This document shows, one piece after another, positions 1-13,680 of a stretch of 64,000 bases of DNA; the stretch's first letter is position 1; the number at the start of each line of letters is the position of its first letter. The notes under the pieces are model-generated. The model was not told the DNA's origin, made no database searches, and saw nothing but the letters and a program-made list of their open reading frames with translations. Both the position numbers and the translations under genes were made by a program. This DNA is from Basidiobolus meristosporus CBS 931.73 (Eukaryota > Fungi > Basidiobolomycota). The DNA lies in NCBI GenBank assembly GCA_002104905.1, contig MCFE01000061.1, forward strand, positions 1-64,000, in the 5' to 3' direction.

Positions 1-1452
1 AGCCACCAGATATTATCTGGAGTTGCACAATAGCCTATTCCTATATATTACAATAACACAGATACTCCAACCTATTTCCCCAATATCCTGACATCTTCTG
101 CCAGTATTGGCTATGATGAGCGTAGTGCTAGACATTGCTGGATTTAACTCCATTAAACTGGTATTGTACCGTAGCCGCACTTGGCAACCATCAAGTATGA
201 TGGTTTTAGCGGAATAAGCGTAAAGTATGGGAAATATTATTGGTTCTACTATCATGCGCCACTGTATTCATGCGTTCACGTGCTGCTTCTCAACGCTGTA
301 CTATGTTGGCTAAGGTATTGTAAATCATTGGTTTTATGTATATCTTCACTGTCTCACGTCTGGTCATAGTGGTGGAGATATTTATGTAACCAGATTTTGT
401 TTTCTTGGAATATGCTGAGTAGACATAACCTAACTCAAGGGCAATATGGAGTCAACAGCTCTCCAGACACACAGTAGCCAGCTGTAATCCACTAGTGGAG
501 GCTCTTACAGCTGATACCAGCGCTCAGTGAACCTTTTACTGCCTGATCAGTAGGGAGCAGATCCCGGCCTCAGACCCATGCATGTTTACCATTCTCCGCC
601 TAATTATTGGATTGATGAAATTGCGGTTTTTCCTAGAGCAAAAGTTGGCGGGGTAAGCTATCTGAATTTGGTTTTGCCTGATACCAGTAGGCTCTGATTC
701 AAATGGGTTGTACACAAAAGGTAACAAACGACTTGAAAAGAGTAATGATCATTGGAATCATAATTCCAGTGGCGTGATTGGGTGTACACGAATCATTGTT
801 AATCATTTGTTTATTAATCTTGTTGCTTGGGAAAATAACCACAAAGCAATTAGCATAAATATTCTAAACAGCCCAGAAGGAATATGTTTCGCAGTTGGAA
901 CCTCCTTATCGCCCCAAGCCTCCTAAGTGGGGCGAGATAACCTTCAGGCCAGCATTGCATAAGACCGCACTCAATATGCTGGATTAACAAATCCTTGGAC
1001 AGTACAAATCCGCCCGGGTTCCACCACCCACATTTTTATATTAGGTTTATATTGGGTAGCATGCTTGAACCCACTACAATGATATCTGAAGTATCATGAA
1101 CATTGATAAGCATACGGAACAATCACTTGCTTATGATCATTACAAGTACCCCATATATATATATATGAGGCATGGATCGTTATCATCTGATGGATCCTAC
1201 TCTGGACGAACATAATACCTTAGGCTTTTGTTCTCCGCCGAGCCTGGATTGTGTTTTTTCTGGAGGAATGATGGGTCCTTTGGAGACACTACAATGTTTA
1301 CCCGGTAACAGCATTGGATCCCGCCATCCCTCGACCCAGTTCTTGGGATCTGCTGAGGCCATTCTTACTTTGGACTTCCTAACGGCTATCAATGACGAGC
1401 CTGATTCCCTACTTCCCTACATCGGCCAACTAATTCTGGTTTTATTTCAGTT

Positions 1453-2315
1453 ATGAAGTCTATAACTCTCCAAATCCTGTTGATGGTTTCAGCCTTGATT
1501 ACGACCAGCACTGCTGTTCTTAACCATGACTACAATACAAATGATGGCTCCAGTGAGGTGGTGATAGCTAACACCAATATTTATAGTGAGAGTGGCTACG
1601 GTTGGAAGTGAATACGAATATCATAGTAGCAGTGGTGGAAATCACGGAGGAAACAGTGGTTGTAGTAGCGGAGGGGAGCGAAGGATAGAGAAATTGGCTG
1701 AGGCAACCCCTCATATACATGTCAGGCGTACTCAAATAAACACTAGCAATTAATGATAGTTCCCAGGAATCCATCTAAGCATGACAATGATGAGATAGCA
1801 AGTGACGAAGGGCAGGTTAATGGAAACCATAGATGCACTGATGGTAACGAGATGGATTAGAGATATGGTCCAACATCATTTTGTAAGTTTGAGTTGGTGA
1901 TGACAAAGAGTGAAAATTCGACAGTCAGTCAGAGATCGAATTGGTTGAAGCTAATAAAGCAGAATGTACAATATGAAATACGATTAATGACTGGTTTTAA
2001 GTAACATCCCGGCAATAATGCCACTCATCAGAGCGGACATGGTGTCCACATCGTGACGAAGGAAGCAAGACCAGATCCCATAGTCCCCAAGACCGCAATT
2101 TAGATACTGACGGATCCGAAATGGGCAATAAATACTTGAGTGATTCTTTGTTCCAGACCCCCAAGGAGGGGCATGACGCATGTGAGGATCAATGTTTGTG
2201 TGTTGATCTTCAAGGAAACAAAAGCAACCATTATGGACCCAGAGATGGAAGTCATGGCGGAGTGAAGTCTGCTAAGAGTAAGGTTTTCCAAAATTGGCAG
2301 AATAAAAAGGCCTAA
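1453..2315 (+). CDS. Putative small secreted Gly/Ser/Asp-rich protein (multi-exon, exon structure uncertain)
   Basis: ATG at 1453 opens MKSITLQILLMVSALITTSTA-VLNHDYNT, a signal-peptide-like start. Downstream hydrophilic frames (SEYEYHSSSGGNHGGNSGC; ERTWCPHRDEGSK...QNKKA* ending 2315) are separated by intron-like gaps. No family recognised. Confidence 0.3.
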
Positions 2316-2914
2316 GGCCTGATTCATCCATGCCAACGAAAGGTGATGCTGCAGCAACAAGCAATGCGGCACCACTGGTGCTCACGAGTCCGATCTTCAA
2401 CCAGGCGTATTTATCGGACTAAGCTGGACATGGTGAAATATAGTGTGGAACATGTCTGACAGTCGGCAGAGGTTTTGAGAAGGGGCAGTGTTGGTTTAGC
2501 ACCGATTACTCATGAGTTGTTTCATTAAAAATCAACTCCTGGTTTCTAAATATGGAAATTCAATGTCATTCAAAGGTCCACAAACTTTACGAATATCTTT
2601 CTACAACACATTGATATCATTAGTATTGAAAGATTCTACAGAAGTAGAAATGCTTTCATTCAACACAATTGACCAACAAACGAGTATTACACTTGTAATT
2701 GCACACTTCTTCCAGAGTTTCTCATAAGCGAAAACCATACTTTATTGAAATGCCTAACACATTACTGGTTCCCAATTCCGCTTGCTATGTAAACTAGCAA
2801 TGCTACTACTGCAAAAATCCTCTATATGAATATTTGAAATTTTAATGGAAAATATTCTTGTAGCTACTTGGTTGCTACGGCCCTCGGGTCGACTTTGTAA
2901 TAGACAACTTTGTT

Positions 2915-3983
2915 TTAGCTTCTTGCGCCAAAATAAATATGATAACAGCACAATAGAACCAAAGCACTGTTTTCTATCCGCAAGGATTTTGGAATGGCTT
3001 TGACCAGCATCAGACAAAACGAAGAATCAATTGTTTTAGCACCACTGTAAAATAATGCACCATGATGTAAGTATGCCATAGTCAACCATGCTACTTCAGG
3101 CTCGAACATGCGGTGCGGTAACTTTTGTCGATAATACCGCTTTCTGTGTGCTTAGTTGGGGCTTCACTGGAATGTGATATACTCAGCATCACCTTGATAC
3201 AAGTAATTTTTAGCAAGTAAGATGTCGTCTTGAAATATAGGCAAACTGCTCTTCATGACAAATTATCGCAAAATCCTGACACAAGTGTTTCTGTAATACG
3301 GTATTGACCTTGCTATAACACTTGCTAGTAGTTCTCCTCCATACTCATCTATATACTGGAGTATTGTCTTGTTTAATAACGCGCCAGCCAGACATGTAGC
3401 CCATGCAGTTTTTATCAGCGCGTAGTCAGCGTTAGTATATTCCTTGACGATATAAACCACAGTACCCGATGGTATCGTAGAAATCACTTGCCCTTCACCT
3501 GGCATCATTAGCAACCATGGTTCTTCCAGAAAAGCGATCTACATGCGATACGCCTGTGTGGAAACTAAATTGAAAAGTGTCTAAAAGTTCGAAATACACA
3601 GAAACGTCCTTGATTATACCAGAATGGGTATCACGTATCTGCTTGGAAACCTGGTCAAAAGAACAGATACTTCTCGAATCAGCAAAAAAATGACCACGAT
3701 TCGCAAGGGTAACAGTACGACCAAAGGCTGTGAATTTCTGGGGATATCTTCCCTCCATGCGTATTTCTATAGTAGAGGCGGGCAGAACCTCAAAAGCACT
3801 GTGTACAACGAAATGATATAAAACACCTCTCGCGCCAAAGATACCGGAGATAGGATACCGATTATCCGCACCGATGGAAACTATGAAGTTGTTTATCTCA
3901 GGTATGGGATACATGCCTCTACCCCGGTTAGAAACTTTGCCAATCTCGGTAACTTTGAGCACCACCTTAAGGTCTTCATACAA
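2915..3983 (-). pseudogene. Uncharacterised multi-exon gene or pseudogene with weak BTB/POZ resemblance
   Basis: Consecutive same-strand ORFs of 162, 83 and 64 aa. Segments DFAIICHEEQFAYISRRHL and KLPHRMFEPEVAWLTMAYLHHG loosely resemble the BTB start and the P..F..LL.YLY.G helix. Joining them needs a frameshift or unusual splicing. Confidence 0.25.
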
Positions 3984-5586
3984 AAGCTATGGTTCTCCAG
4001 GGGTTTGGTATGCTTTGAAGTATCAGCTATTGTCTCTCGAATAAAAGTTGGTCTACAGTGAAATAGCTAGCCATCTCCAGTGAATTGGTCATAAACCGTT
4101 CGAACGAGAATCATATAATGTATGTCTGTCTCATCGCTAGCTCCCCTGCCCCATCAACCAGCAGTGCATCAACCCAAAACTAAAAAAAGGTTACTCGGCA
4201 CTCTAGTTCACCTGATTCATGAACAAACCTCACATTTACTGTAAATCCTCTTTATACGAATAAACGCTGACATCGATAGTGGAGAGTTTGGTGATCACCA
4301 TTTTTTTGATACACAACTAAACAAGAGCTTGTACACCCTAGTAATATCGAGATGTTGCCGCACAGAAAGAAAAAAGTGAGACTTTCGCGCCAAATTCATC
4401 ACCTCTGTGTCTTTTGGAGAATTGGCAACAATCCTATTGAATCATGTTGACCACTATATCTGGAGGATCGATTGCCCTCGGCCATGGCACAACCACCGAG
4501 CTCCTGGTCATTATGGGTAATTGATCTGGGATTTTGGTAGCCAACGGAGTATCAGTATCCTTGATGGTGGAAGCTTAGAGTCCAGGATATACCACAACAC
4601 TAGATTGGCATTCCAAGCCGAACTCCAAGAGATTAGCTCAACTGCATTGTGTTACCCTATTCACGGGTTGCGTACCCAAATAAGTGAATAGACGCTTAAA
4701 TGCTGCACCCATTGGAACGGTGTTGATGAAAATATCGAATAGCGCTTTCCCTGGCCCCATCTCCACAGCAGCCGAAGAGATCAGCTAGAACTCTACAAAG
4801 CTTCATGGCCAGCTGAGGTCGCCACGACTACTCATGTACACTATACGTTGGGCATGATGTTGGCTAGGCGACTGCTAGCAGGAAGGTGGCTATCTGATCC
4901 TACGGCCAACCACAACCACCAGATATTCGCCAGAATGAATGACGATGTTTCCGTAGATTGCTTGGTCAATCTGGTTGAAAAGATGCGTTTTGGGATGGTG
5001 TTTGATAAAAAAGGAACGATATGATGGCAATGCATCTGCACATCTTATCGTAGGAAATGAGATGGGGCAAACAATCCTATTGAAGCAACAGCAACGCACC
5101 CGTATTGTATTTCGCAGCCAGTCTCAACAATACAGTTGGATACATTTATTCGAAGCTGAGTTCTCAGCCAGTGATTGCTAAATCAATCGGGAAATTCCAT
5201 TTTCAGTCACCATGGAGTACCTCATCTTTTCCATCCCAACTTGGGATCCAAATAGAATTCGGACCCATTCAATTAGTAGTGAATTGCGCTGATGAGTCTG
5301 CACCAATGGGGGAACGGGATCTCGGCGATGGTTAATTTGATTCCATTTATATCTCCAGCCATGTTGATTTGTCAATCCCATTGAAGGGTACGTTTGACAG
5401 CAAAGGAAAATGGAAAAGAAAATGGTGAAAATTTAGGAACTCTGGAACACCCTGGCCTTGGGGCCAATGCGAAAAAAAGTTTGGATAAGGCGGTGATTTT
5501 TTGACTGTAGCTATCCAATATAAACTCGCCTGGTCGCTAGCTTGTTACTCACTGAATTTTGCATTCTTACATCTTCAGCTTCCAAG

Positions 5587-5651
5587 GTATGTTGATTCGC
5601 ACCAGCCAGCACTTTATTGCTTGGGTGCTAACCGTAAATCATTGATTGTAG
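5587..5651 (+). other. 5'-UTR intron of eIF5A
   Basis: GTATGT donor, GCTAAC branch point and TTGTAG acceptor ending 4 nt upstream of the eIF5A ATG. Confidence 0.75.
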
Positions 5652-5655
5652 AACC

Positions 5656-6135
5656 ATGTCTGACGACGAGCAACACAACCACACCTTCGAGTCCGCCACT
5701 TCCGGTGCCTCTCTCACCTACCCTATGCAGTGCTCTGCCCTTCGTAAGAACGGTCACGTTGTCATCAAGGGCCGTCCCTGCAAGATTGTCGATATGTCTA
5801 CCTCCAAGACTGGAAAGCACGGTCACGCCAAGGTTAACTTGGTTGCCATTGATATCTTCACTGGCAAGAAGCTCGAAGATGTTTCCCCCTCCACCCACAA
5901 CATGGATGTTCCCAACGTCACTCGCCAAGAATACTCCCTCATCAACATTGATGATGGTTTCCTCAGCTTGATGTTGAACGACGGTTCCATGAAGGATGAC
6001 GTCAAGCAACCCGAAGGTGAGTTGGGTGACAAGATGGAGGAGGAATTCAACGAGGGCAAGGAAATCCTTGTCACCGTTATCTCCGCTATGGGTGAGGAGG
6101 CTGTCATCAGTTACAAGGAAGCCCCCAAGAACTAA
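5656..6135 (+). CDS. EIF5A: Translation factor eIF5A (hypusine-containing)
   Basis: 159-aa ORF with the invariant hypusination motif [14 protein letters not shown]-terminal [13 protein letters not shown] and C-terminal [13 protein letters not shown]. Confidence 0.98.
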   Translation: MSDDEQHNHTFESATSGASLTYPMQCSALRKNGHVVIKGRPCKIVDMSTSKTGKHGHAKVNLVAIDIFTGKKLEDVSPSTHNMDVPNVTRQEYSLINIDDGFLSLMLNDGSMKDDVKQPEGELGDKMEEEFNEGKEILVTVISAMGEEAVISYKEAPKN

Positions 6136-6624
6136 ATAGAATTACCGTGACTCATTTGCTCCATAAATGTCAAGTAATATATATATACATATATAGCCTA
6201 ATAAATACAGCCCATTATAAGACATCCATCACACTGCAAGAGCCACCATTACGTCAAGTCCCCTGTACGCAAGGTGCGAGTACTACGAATGAATAATTCG
6301 TTTCTGCTGGTCTCAGAACAGCATAAACATGGAAAAATTGGTCCTCAGGGCATACCATTAGGGTGAGAGAAAAATTCAGATATGGTTTGTTCATGACCTC
6401 AGAAGGCCACTAGGAATATACTGGCCACGTTGACATTTTGATACCTGGCGACTGACTGGATGCTTGCAAGAATCGTACTTTATTCTAAGCGATGTCTTGG
6501 ATGAAATGTGTCTTTAACATGTCTACTCGGACTTGTAATGCTTGAATGAAATGGCTTCAGGGCCTAAAAACGCCCAAAAGGGTACAGCAATGAAGGTAGT
6601 TAATTGTCCATGTGGATTTCCAGT

Positions 6625-6873
6625 CTAGAAGGAGCCTCTTTTCTCTTCAAGATTTCTGACAATTAAAAGTGAGGTATCAAGGAAGCGGTCAACGCAATTG
6701 GTGAGACAGGCCTCCTCGGAGCGATCAAGCTTATTTCCGATCTTGGTGATGCATTTATCCCAGCAGAGGTCAGCAAAGGTGTGGATGCTCTGTTGAAGCT
6801 TAGCCTTGGCATTCTCTCCCTCAAGGAATTGGGCCAATTCGCGTTGGTCTTGTTCGCTGAATTCTTGGGACAT
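6625..6873 (-). CDS. TIM8: Mitochondrial IMS small Tim chaperone Tim8
   Basis: 82 aa from the ATG at 6873 (MSQEFSEQDQRELAQFLE) with the twin CX3C motif CWDKC...CLTNCVDRFLDTS. Confidence 0.93.
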   Translation of the reverse strand: MSQEFSEQDQRELAQFLEGENAKAKLQQSIHTFADLCWDKCITKIGNKLDRSEEACLTNCVDRFLDTSLLIVRNLEEKRGSF

Positions 6874-7544
6874 TTTAAGAAGATTCGAAGTGTAAGTACA
6901 AGCTAACTCGGGCTCTCGGAAAACATTTAAATTCATCAAAGGAGAAATTTTCATACTGGGAACCCCAGATTGGTTGACCGTTGTCTTGATTGATTAGTTG
7001 CACGTCATTGATCAATCCATGGGATTTAGCCTAATAGTGCATAGACCGATATTTGAGGGATGAGAATACAACTCCGCATCGGCAGAGGTGAAGAGTTTGG
7101 GCATAGGCCCTTACAAGAGGAGGTTCTTTGAGTAGTTAAGATATCAGTTCATTTGGAGTCACTGACATCAAATAGATCAATTCAAGTACTCGGTCTTCAG
7201 AAAACATCAACCTAGTATATATCACAGCTCGCGCATCAAAGGTTGTAGAGTTGATAAGTTCGCTGACAAGATATGTCAATTCTGCTTAGGTACGTGTCTA
7301 ACATCCAGAAATCATTGCAATGTTGACATGCCCTAATGGCCTCTGTATTCCAATTCCCCTTAATTATTTTTTTCAAGTTGCCAACTACCACCAAATTTTT
7401 TGATTGAATCGATGCCCCAGTCGTTCGATCTTATTTGACCCCCTGACCCGAATTTTTCTTTTCGAACGAGTAATCTCTGGGTAAAGTTGTTTGTAACTTT
7501 AGGGCAAGTGATTACAAGCACTAACGCAGTGGTTCGATTCTACT

Positions 7545-9109
7545 ATGGCAACCCAAATTGCACCGAAAGATCTAAACGCTCAGATAGATCACTTTATTGC
7601 CAGACTCAAGAGAAGGTACAGAGATGAGCTCTTCGCGTAGCAAAGTATGCCGTGATTAACTGGATTCATTAGACAAGTCGTGGGTTCTTGGCAAGTCTCT
7701 GTTGAAACCGCCATTTTACTGAGACAAGTAGTATCAATCAGTCGCTGGAACAATGTGGACGTTTTGATCGCAACTGTGAAATCTGTTGGGAAGCGCTTAG
7801 TTGCTGCACAGCCACAAGGTATACTCACAAAACTCAATCTTATTGATACAGCTTTCTGATTGTTATCCCAGAACTTGCTATTGGCAATATCGTTCGTAGA
7901 GTGCTCCGTCTTATTCGTGAAGAGAACAGTACCTTTGCCGAAGAAGACGAAAACAGCAACTTTGAGACTAATCATACCTCTGGACCTAGACCGGCTCCTC
8001 AATTTGCCTCATCCTCTTCAATGTACAATCTCCTTGGCGATTTCCAAAAGGAGCCAGTTCGCTTTGCCAATCATTCCAATATCCTTTTTTCCTGATAAGT
8101 TGACTCGTCACGAATTTCTAAAGAGATTTACCTTAACCCTAAGTACCCCTCAAGCCAGAAATTATTCAAGGAATTCAAGAAATTGTCGAGGAATTGGAGA
8201 ATATCTACGTCAATATTTCTGCACAAGCCCTGGAGCATATCCACTCGAAGTAAGTGTAAACCTGGCGGTATCCATCATAGTAGCGCTAACTTTGCTTTAG
8301 TGAGATTATCATGACTTGTGGCAAATCGAAGACTGTTGAGTTGTTTTTGAAGGCAGCGGCAAAGAAGCGTAAATTCCAAGTCATCGTGGCCGAAACTGCT
8401 CCTTTGTAAGTTTTGCATTTACGAGAACAGCCAATGGACCGCTGTTTATTTTTGCCACTAGGTATCATGGACAAGAGATGGCCCGCTCGCTTGCTTTGGC
8501 AGGAATCGAGACCACTGTGATTCCAGATTCCGCTATTTTCGCTGTGCTCTCCAGAGTCAACAAGGTTATTCTGGGCACTCATGCTGGTACTCTATTTTTT
8601 CTGTCCCACACTTCCAGTAGGCAACCGTGCTAACATCTCCGGGCAGTGCTTGCCAACGGCAGTTTAATTGCTGTTGCGGGTAGCCAGACAATTGCTACAG
8701 CGGCCAAGCATCATTCCACGCCAGTAGTGGTATGCACTGGTTTATACAAACTTTCCCCCCAATTCCCGTATGACCCAGATACGCTCAACATGTGCGTCTC
8801 ACCCAACCCTGTATTGCAATACGAAGAAGGTAAGGGCTAGTTTGCTACTGCATGTCGTTGACTCGATACTCACTCAAGCTCCAAGGTGATCTCATTGACA
8901 AAATTGACTTGGTGAATCCCTATTTCGATTACATCCCACCTGAACTCGTGAGCTTGTTCATTACTAATGTGTAAGTATCTTTGCGAAGCATGTCAATCTT
9001 ATCGTGAGCTGAGTTGTTTACCATATATAGCGGCGGACATCCACCATCATACTTGTATCGTCTCCTCAATGAGAACTACGATCCAGAGGATGCTTTGTTA
9101 GAGGCCTAA
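7545..9109 (+). CDS. GCD7: Translation initiation factor eIF2B beta subunit (multi-exon)
   Basis: Spliced exons read [33 protein letters not shown]...[48 protein letters not shown] and [15 protein letters not shown]...[16 protein letters not shown] introns. Stop TAA at 9107-9109. Confidence 0.93.
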
Positions 9110-11062
9110 GGTGATCTATCGATCCCAGCATATTACGCATGCTTTGATCACACTTAATTTCACCTTTGATCATTAGTTTGTTACATATATTGTGAAAATA
9201 AATAGACCAATTTATGATGGACCTTCAATTTATCATGACTCTGGATAAGCACTGAGCATCCCAGCAACGGACCTAGAGCAGGTGTAAAAGAGCCCCATTG
9301 GTCTCTGGTCGCAAGCCCATAGAAAGTCGAGTACGGCTGAGCATCCCGTTGATCAAGACCGTGCATATGAAAACCTCGATGGATGAGGTGTAGTTGCTAT
9401 GGAGCCAAGTAGATGAGCAGACATGCTTGGTATCGACGCAGCTCTAGGAGATCACGTGGCCGTTGCATTATACTCACAGAGACTACTGTAGGAAGATTGA
9501 ATGCGCATCTAACCATGTAGAGCCTGGGCCTCGGGACACTCGATACCCAACCACAATGCGTGCTACCACAAGTAATCGTTCCGTGGATATGCAGGATTCT
9601 CATTCCGGCTTGGATGGCTTTTGTTACTCGCAAACTAGATTAAGGGCAGGTTCTAATTCACAAATCCAATAGGCGTTGCTGCCAATCGAGCAACACTGCT
9701 CGATAGCTCCACAATGCTCATGTCAGTCATACGTGAGGATGATTTCCCTTAATCCCCACCATGTTAAGGGCAGATTAGCAGTGACTCTAGATCTGAGCAT
9801 TCACGCACATTGTTGCTTGTTTTCGTATACGATCAGCATAGACCAGCTTGCAAGCAGGGAGTATGATCCCAGATAAAAATTGGATTGGGAGCATCTTGGG
9901 CATATGCATGGTTTACAGCACTGCTTAGATCGTGCTAACGTCTACGTACGCCAGCTGCTTGATAGGCCACGCTGAAGATCATCGATAACCATTGAATGGC
10001 TTCGCATCATATGCGTTGCGGTGTCAACCAGGTCTAGCAGGAGGTAAGCTAGATGGTATATACATTTGTCAGGCACGGTGTACCAGCACTGCTATCCTAC
10101 ATCGGCGCCGTTGATCACAAATGAAGAGTCAGCACCTGTAGGCATTCCATATCCCAATCGAAATCGAGGTGGTTGCTCATAAATACGCTGCGGAGTCTCA
10201 TATTCCCAATCCAATCCCACCAGATCCAACGGGATTTCTCTTTAGTAGAACTGTTATGAGGGATAAAGTGAGCATCGGTGTGGACTGCGTAGGCAATAAA
10301 TGGATATTGAGACTGTTTTAAATAGATACCCGGTTGTGGTCACACAGTTACACTCTATGCACTCCCCAATCACCGTTGTTCGTTTAGACCAGACGTAAAA
10401 TTCCCATTCTCTTCAGTGGGTACCAATGAGAGCAGTGGAAGGGTCGTCCTATGATGACATGTAATACCGAGACCAAGTGACAGGTTTTCGGTGTCGGCCC
10501 TCGATTCACAATCAATTGGAAGGATACTCCAACAGGCTGGAGCCGTATATAACAATGCGGCATCATAAATGGGAAAGTAAAACATACATCAATATATTTC
10601 TGATTACCCGATCCCCAGAGTTACTCCCCCAAGGCTGAAAATAACCCGAATTCCCTCGAATTGCTAGATTTGACTCTCGTTGCAGTCGTAATGGCAAGGA
10701 CGGATTTCATGTGACTGTTTGCGCGGTGATTTACCTAGCATTGAGTCTGAATGAATAGTCCCATATTATGATACCATGGGCTATATGAATTCTGGCGATT
10801 ATTCTATCTTAACTCAATGCCCCTTACCCTGTTTCCTATTTCTGCTTGGAGTGATACAGCTGTGTAGCTCTTCCGTCGCCTTCATTGGTCTTTCCTCATT
10901 ACGATTCCCACTTCATGTGAGCTACTCGATGCACTGGAATGATGTGTGTCGGGTGAGCAATGAGGTATAAGTAGCGAGCCAGCTGCTACCTTGCTCTATC
11001 GCCTGGGCTTACATTGACTCCCAAAGTCTTCACTCCATTTTATTCTCTATTGTCCAGTCGAA

Positions 11063-13680
11063 ATGGTTAACTTCACCATCGGTACGTTGGCATGCTCTTT
11101 CTTTGGAAACGAGCGCCTTCTCCAATTCATCCTTGAACTTTCCATTAACTGCCTATGTAATTGTTTTTAGATCAAATTCGTGGTCTTATGGACAAGATTA
11201 CGAACATTCGTAACATGTCTGTCATTGCCCACGTCGACCACGGTAAATCCACCCTTACCGACTCTCTCGTCTCCAAGGCTGGTATTATCTCTTCTGCCAG
11301 AGCCGGGGAGACTCGCTTCACTGACACTCGTCAGGATGAACAGGATCGTTGTATTACCATCAAATCTACCGCGATCTCCATGTTCTTTGAGCTTCCTAAG
11401 GATGATATCGGTGATGTCAAGCAGAAGACTGATGGCAATGAGTTCTTGATCAACTTGATTGATTCGCCTGGCCACGTCGATTTCTCTTCGGAGGTTACTG
11501 CTGCACTTCGTGTTACTGATGGTGCTTTGGTTGTCGTGGACTGTGTTTCTGGAGTCTCTGTGCAGACAGAGACTGTCTTGCGTCAGGCACTTACTGAGCG
11601 TATCAAACCAGTAATTATCATCAACAAAGTTGATCGTGCTTTGTTGGAATTGCAGTTGAGCAAGGAGGATTTGTACACCTCTTTCCTTCGTACCATTGAG
11701 TCAGTTAACGTGATTATTTCCACGTACTTCGATCCCGTTCTTGGTGACGTGCAAGTTAACCCGGAGCGTGGTACTGTCGCCTTCGGGTCCGGCCTTCATG
11801 GTTGGGGCTTTACCTTGAGACAATTTGCCCAACGGTATGCCAAGAAGTTTGGTGTTGATAAGGATAAGATGATGACCAAGCTTTGGGGAGAGAATTTCTT
11901 CAACCCTGCTACTCGTAAGTGGACCAGCAAGAGTACTGATGCTGATGGCAAGCCTCTTGAACGTGCTTTCTGCATGTTTGTGTTGGACCCAATCTTCAAG
12001 CTCTTTGATTCCATCATGAACTTCAAGAAGGAGCAGACCGCCACCATGTTGGAGAAGTTGGAGGTCCCCCTCAAGACTGATGAGAAGGATCTGGAAGGAA
12101 AAGCCTTGTTAAAGGTCGTCATGCGCAAGTTTTTGCCTGCTGCTGATGCTTTATTAGAGATGATAGTCATTCACTTGCCATCTCCTGTCACCGCACAAAG
12201 ATACAGAGCAGAGTTCCTTTATGAAGGTCCTCAAGATGATCCATGTGCTGAGGGTATCCGTAACTGTGACCCTAAGGGTCCTCTGATGTTGTACGTATCC
12301 AAGATGGTACCTACTTCTGACAAGGGTCGTTTCTATGCTTTCGGACGTGTCTTCTCGGGTACTGTTCGTTCTGGTTTGAAAGTACGTATCCAAGGTCCAA
12401 ATTACCAACCTGGTAAGAAGGAAGACTTGTTCGTGAAGAACATCCAACGTACTATTCTCATGATGGGCCGTTATGTTGAGCCTATTGAGGATTGTCCCGC
12501 CGGTAACATCGTTGGTCTCGTCGGTGTCGATCAATTCCTCCTCAAGTCTGGAACCATCACCACTGATGAGAATGCTCACAACCTGAAGGTTATGAAATTC
12601 TCTGTATCTCCTGTCGTTCAGGTCGCAGTTGAAGTTAAGAACGCCAACGATCTACCAAAACTTGTCGAAGGTTTGAAGCGTCTCTCCAAATCTGACCCCT
12701 GTGTCCAGTGCTACACTTCCGATTCTGGTGAGCATATTGTCGCCGGAGCTGGTGAGTTGCATTTGGAGATTTGTTTGAAGGATCTTGAGGAAGATCACGC
12801 CCAAGTCCCCATCAAGACTGGTGACCCAGTGGTCCCATACAAGGAAACCATTCAAACGGAGTCCAGCATCACTGCTTTATCCAAGTCTCCCAACAAGCAT
12901 AATCGTATTTTCATGAAGGCCTTCCCATTGCAGGAGGAGCTTTCTCATGACATCGAGGAAGGCAAGGTCGCCCCACGTGATGATTTCAAGGTTCGTGCCC
13001 GTATCCTGGCCGAGGAGTACGGATGGGATGTCACAGACGCAAGAAAGATCTGGTGTTTTGGTCCTGATACGACTGGCCCTAACCTTTTGGTTGATGTGAC
13101 CAAGGGAGTTCAGTACCTCAATGAAATTAAGGATTCTTGCGTTGCTGCGTTCCAATGGGCCACCAAGGAAGGGGTTTGTGCGGAAGAGCAAATGCGTGGT
13201 TGCCGATTCAATATTATGGATGTGGTCCTTCATGCTGATGCTATTCATCGTGGTGGTGGACAGATCATTCCCACCTGTCGTCGTGTCATTTACGCCTCCG
13301 CCTTGGTTGCTGAGCCTGGTCTTTACGAGCCTGTTTACCTTGTTGAGATTCAATGCCCCGATTCGGCCATGGGAGGAATTTATGGTGTATTGAATAGACG
13401 CCGTGGTCACGTTATTTCTGAGGAACAACGCCCAGGAACACCGCTTTACAACGTCAAGGCTTATCTTCCAGTTAACGAATCCTTCGGCTTTACCGCTGAT
13501 CTTCGCTCGAATACTGGTGGTCAAGCATTCCCTCAATGTGTGTTCGATCACTGGCAACTAATGAACGGGTCCCCACTTGAGCCCAGCTCGAAGGTCGCCG
13601 AAATTGTTAAAACCATCCGAAAGAGAAAGGGACTCAGCGAAGAGATCCCTCCCCTTGATCGTTTCTTGGACAAATTATAA
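11063..13680 (+). CDS. EFT2: Translation elongation factor 2
   Basis: Exon 1 MVNFTI (11063-11081), intron 11082-11170, then DQIRGLMDK...; G-domain [14 protein letters not shown] and [12 protein letters not shown]; diphthamide loop [14 protein letters not shown]; ends RFLDKL*. Confidence 0.99.

Noticed and set aside
4521-5160. Long plus-strand frame interrupted by a few in-frame stops (possible pseudogene)
   Set aside because: No recognisable family, start codon or splice structure; not enough to call a feature.
7531-7540. GGTTCGATTC, resembling a tRNA T-loop/B-box
   Set aside because: No cloverleaf or A-box. It sits in the GCD7 5' leader just after a CTAAC...CAG intron acceptor, so a chance match is most likely.
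10150-10240. GLDWEY on the minus strand, resembling the GH18 chitinase DxDWEY motif
   Set aside because: The DxxDxDxE acidic pattern is incomplete and no other GH18 motifs were found nearby.
11167-13557. Long antisense ORFs opposite eEF2 (102, 124, 141 and 226 aa)
   Set aside because: Shadow ORFs caused by the codon bias of a highly expressed gene. The same applies to the frames opposite eIF5A and MIC60.
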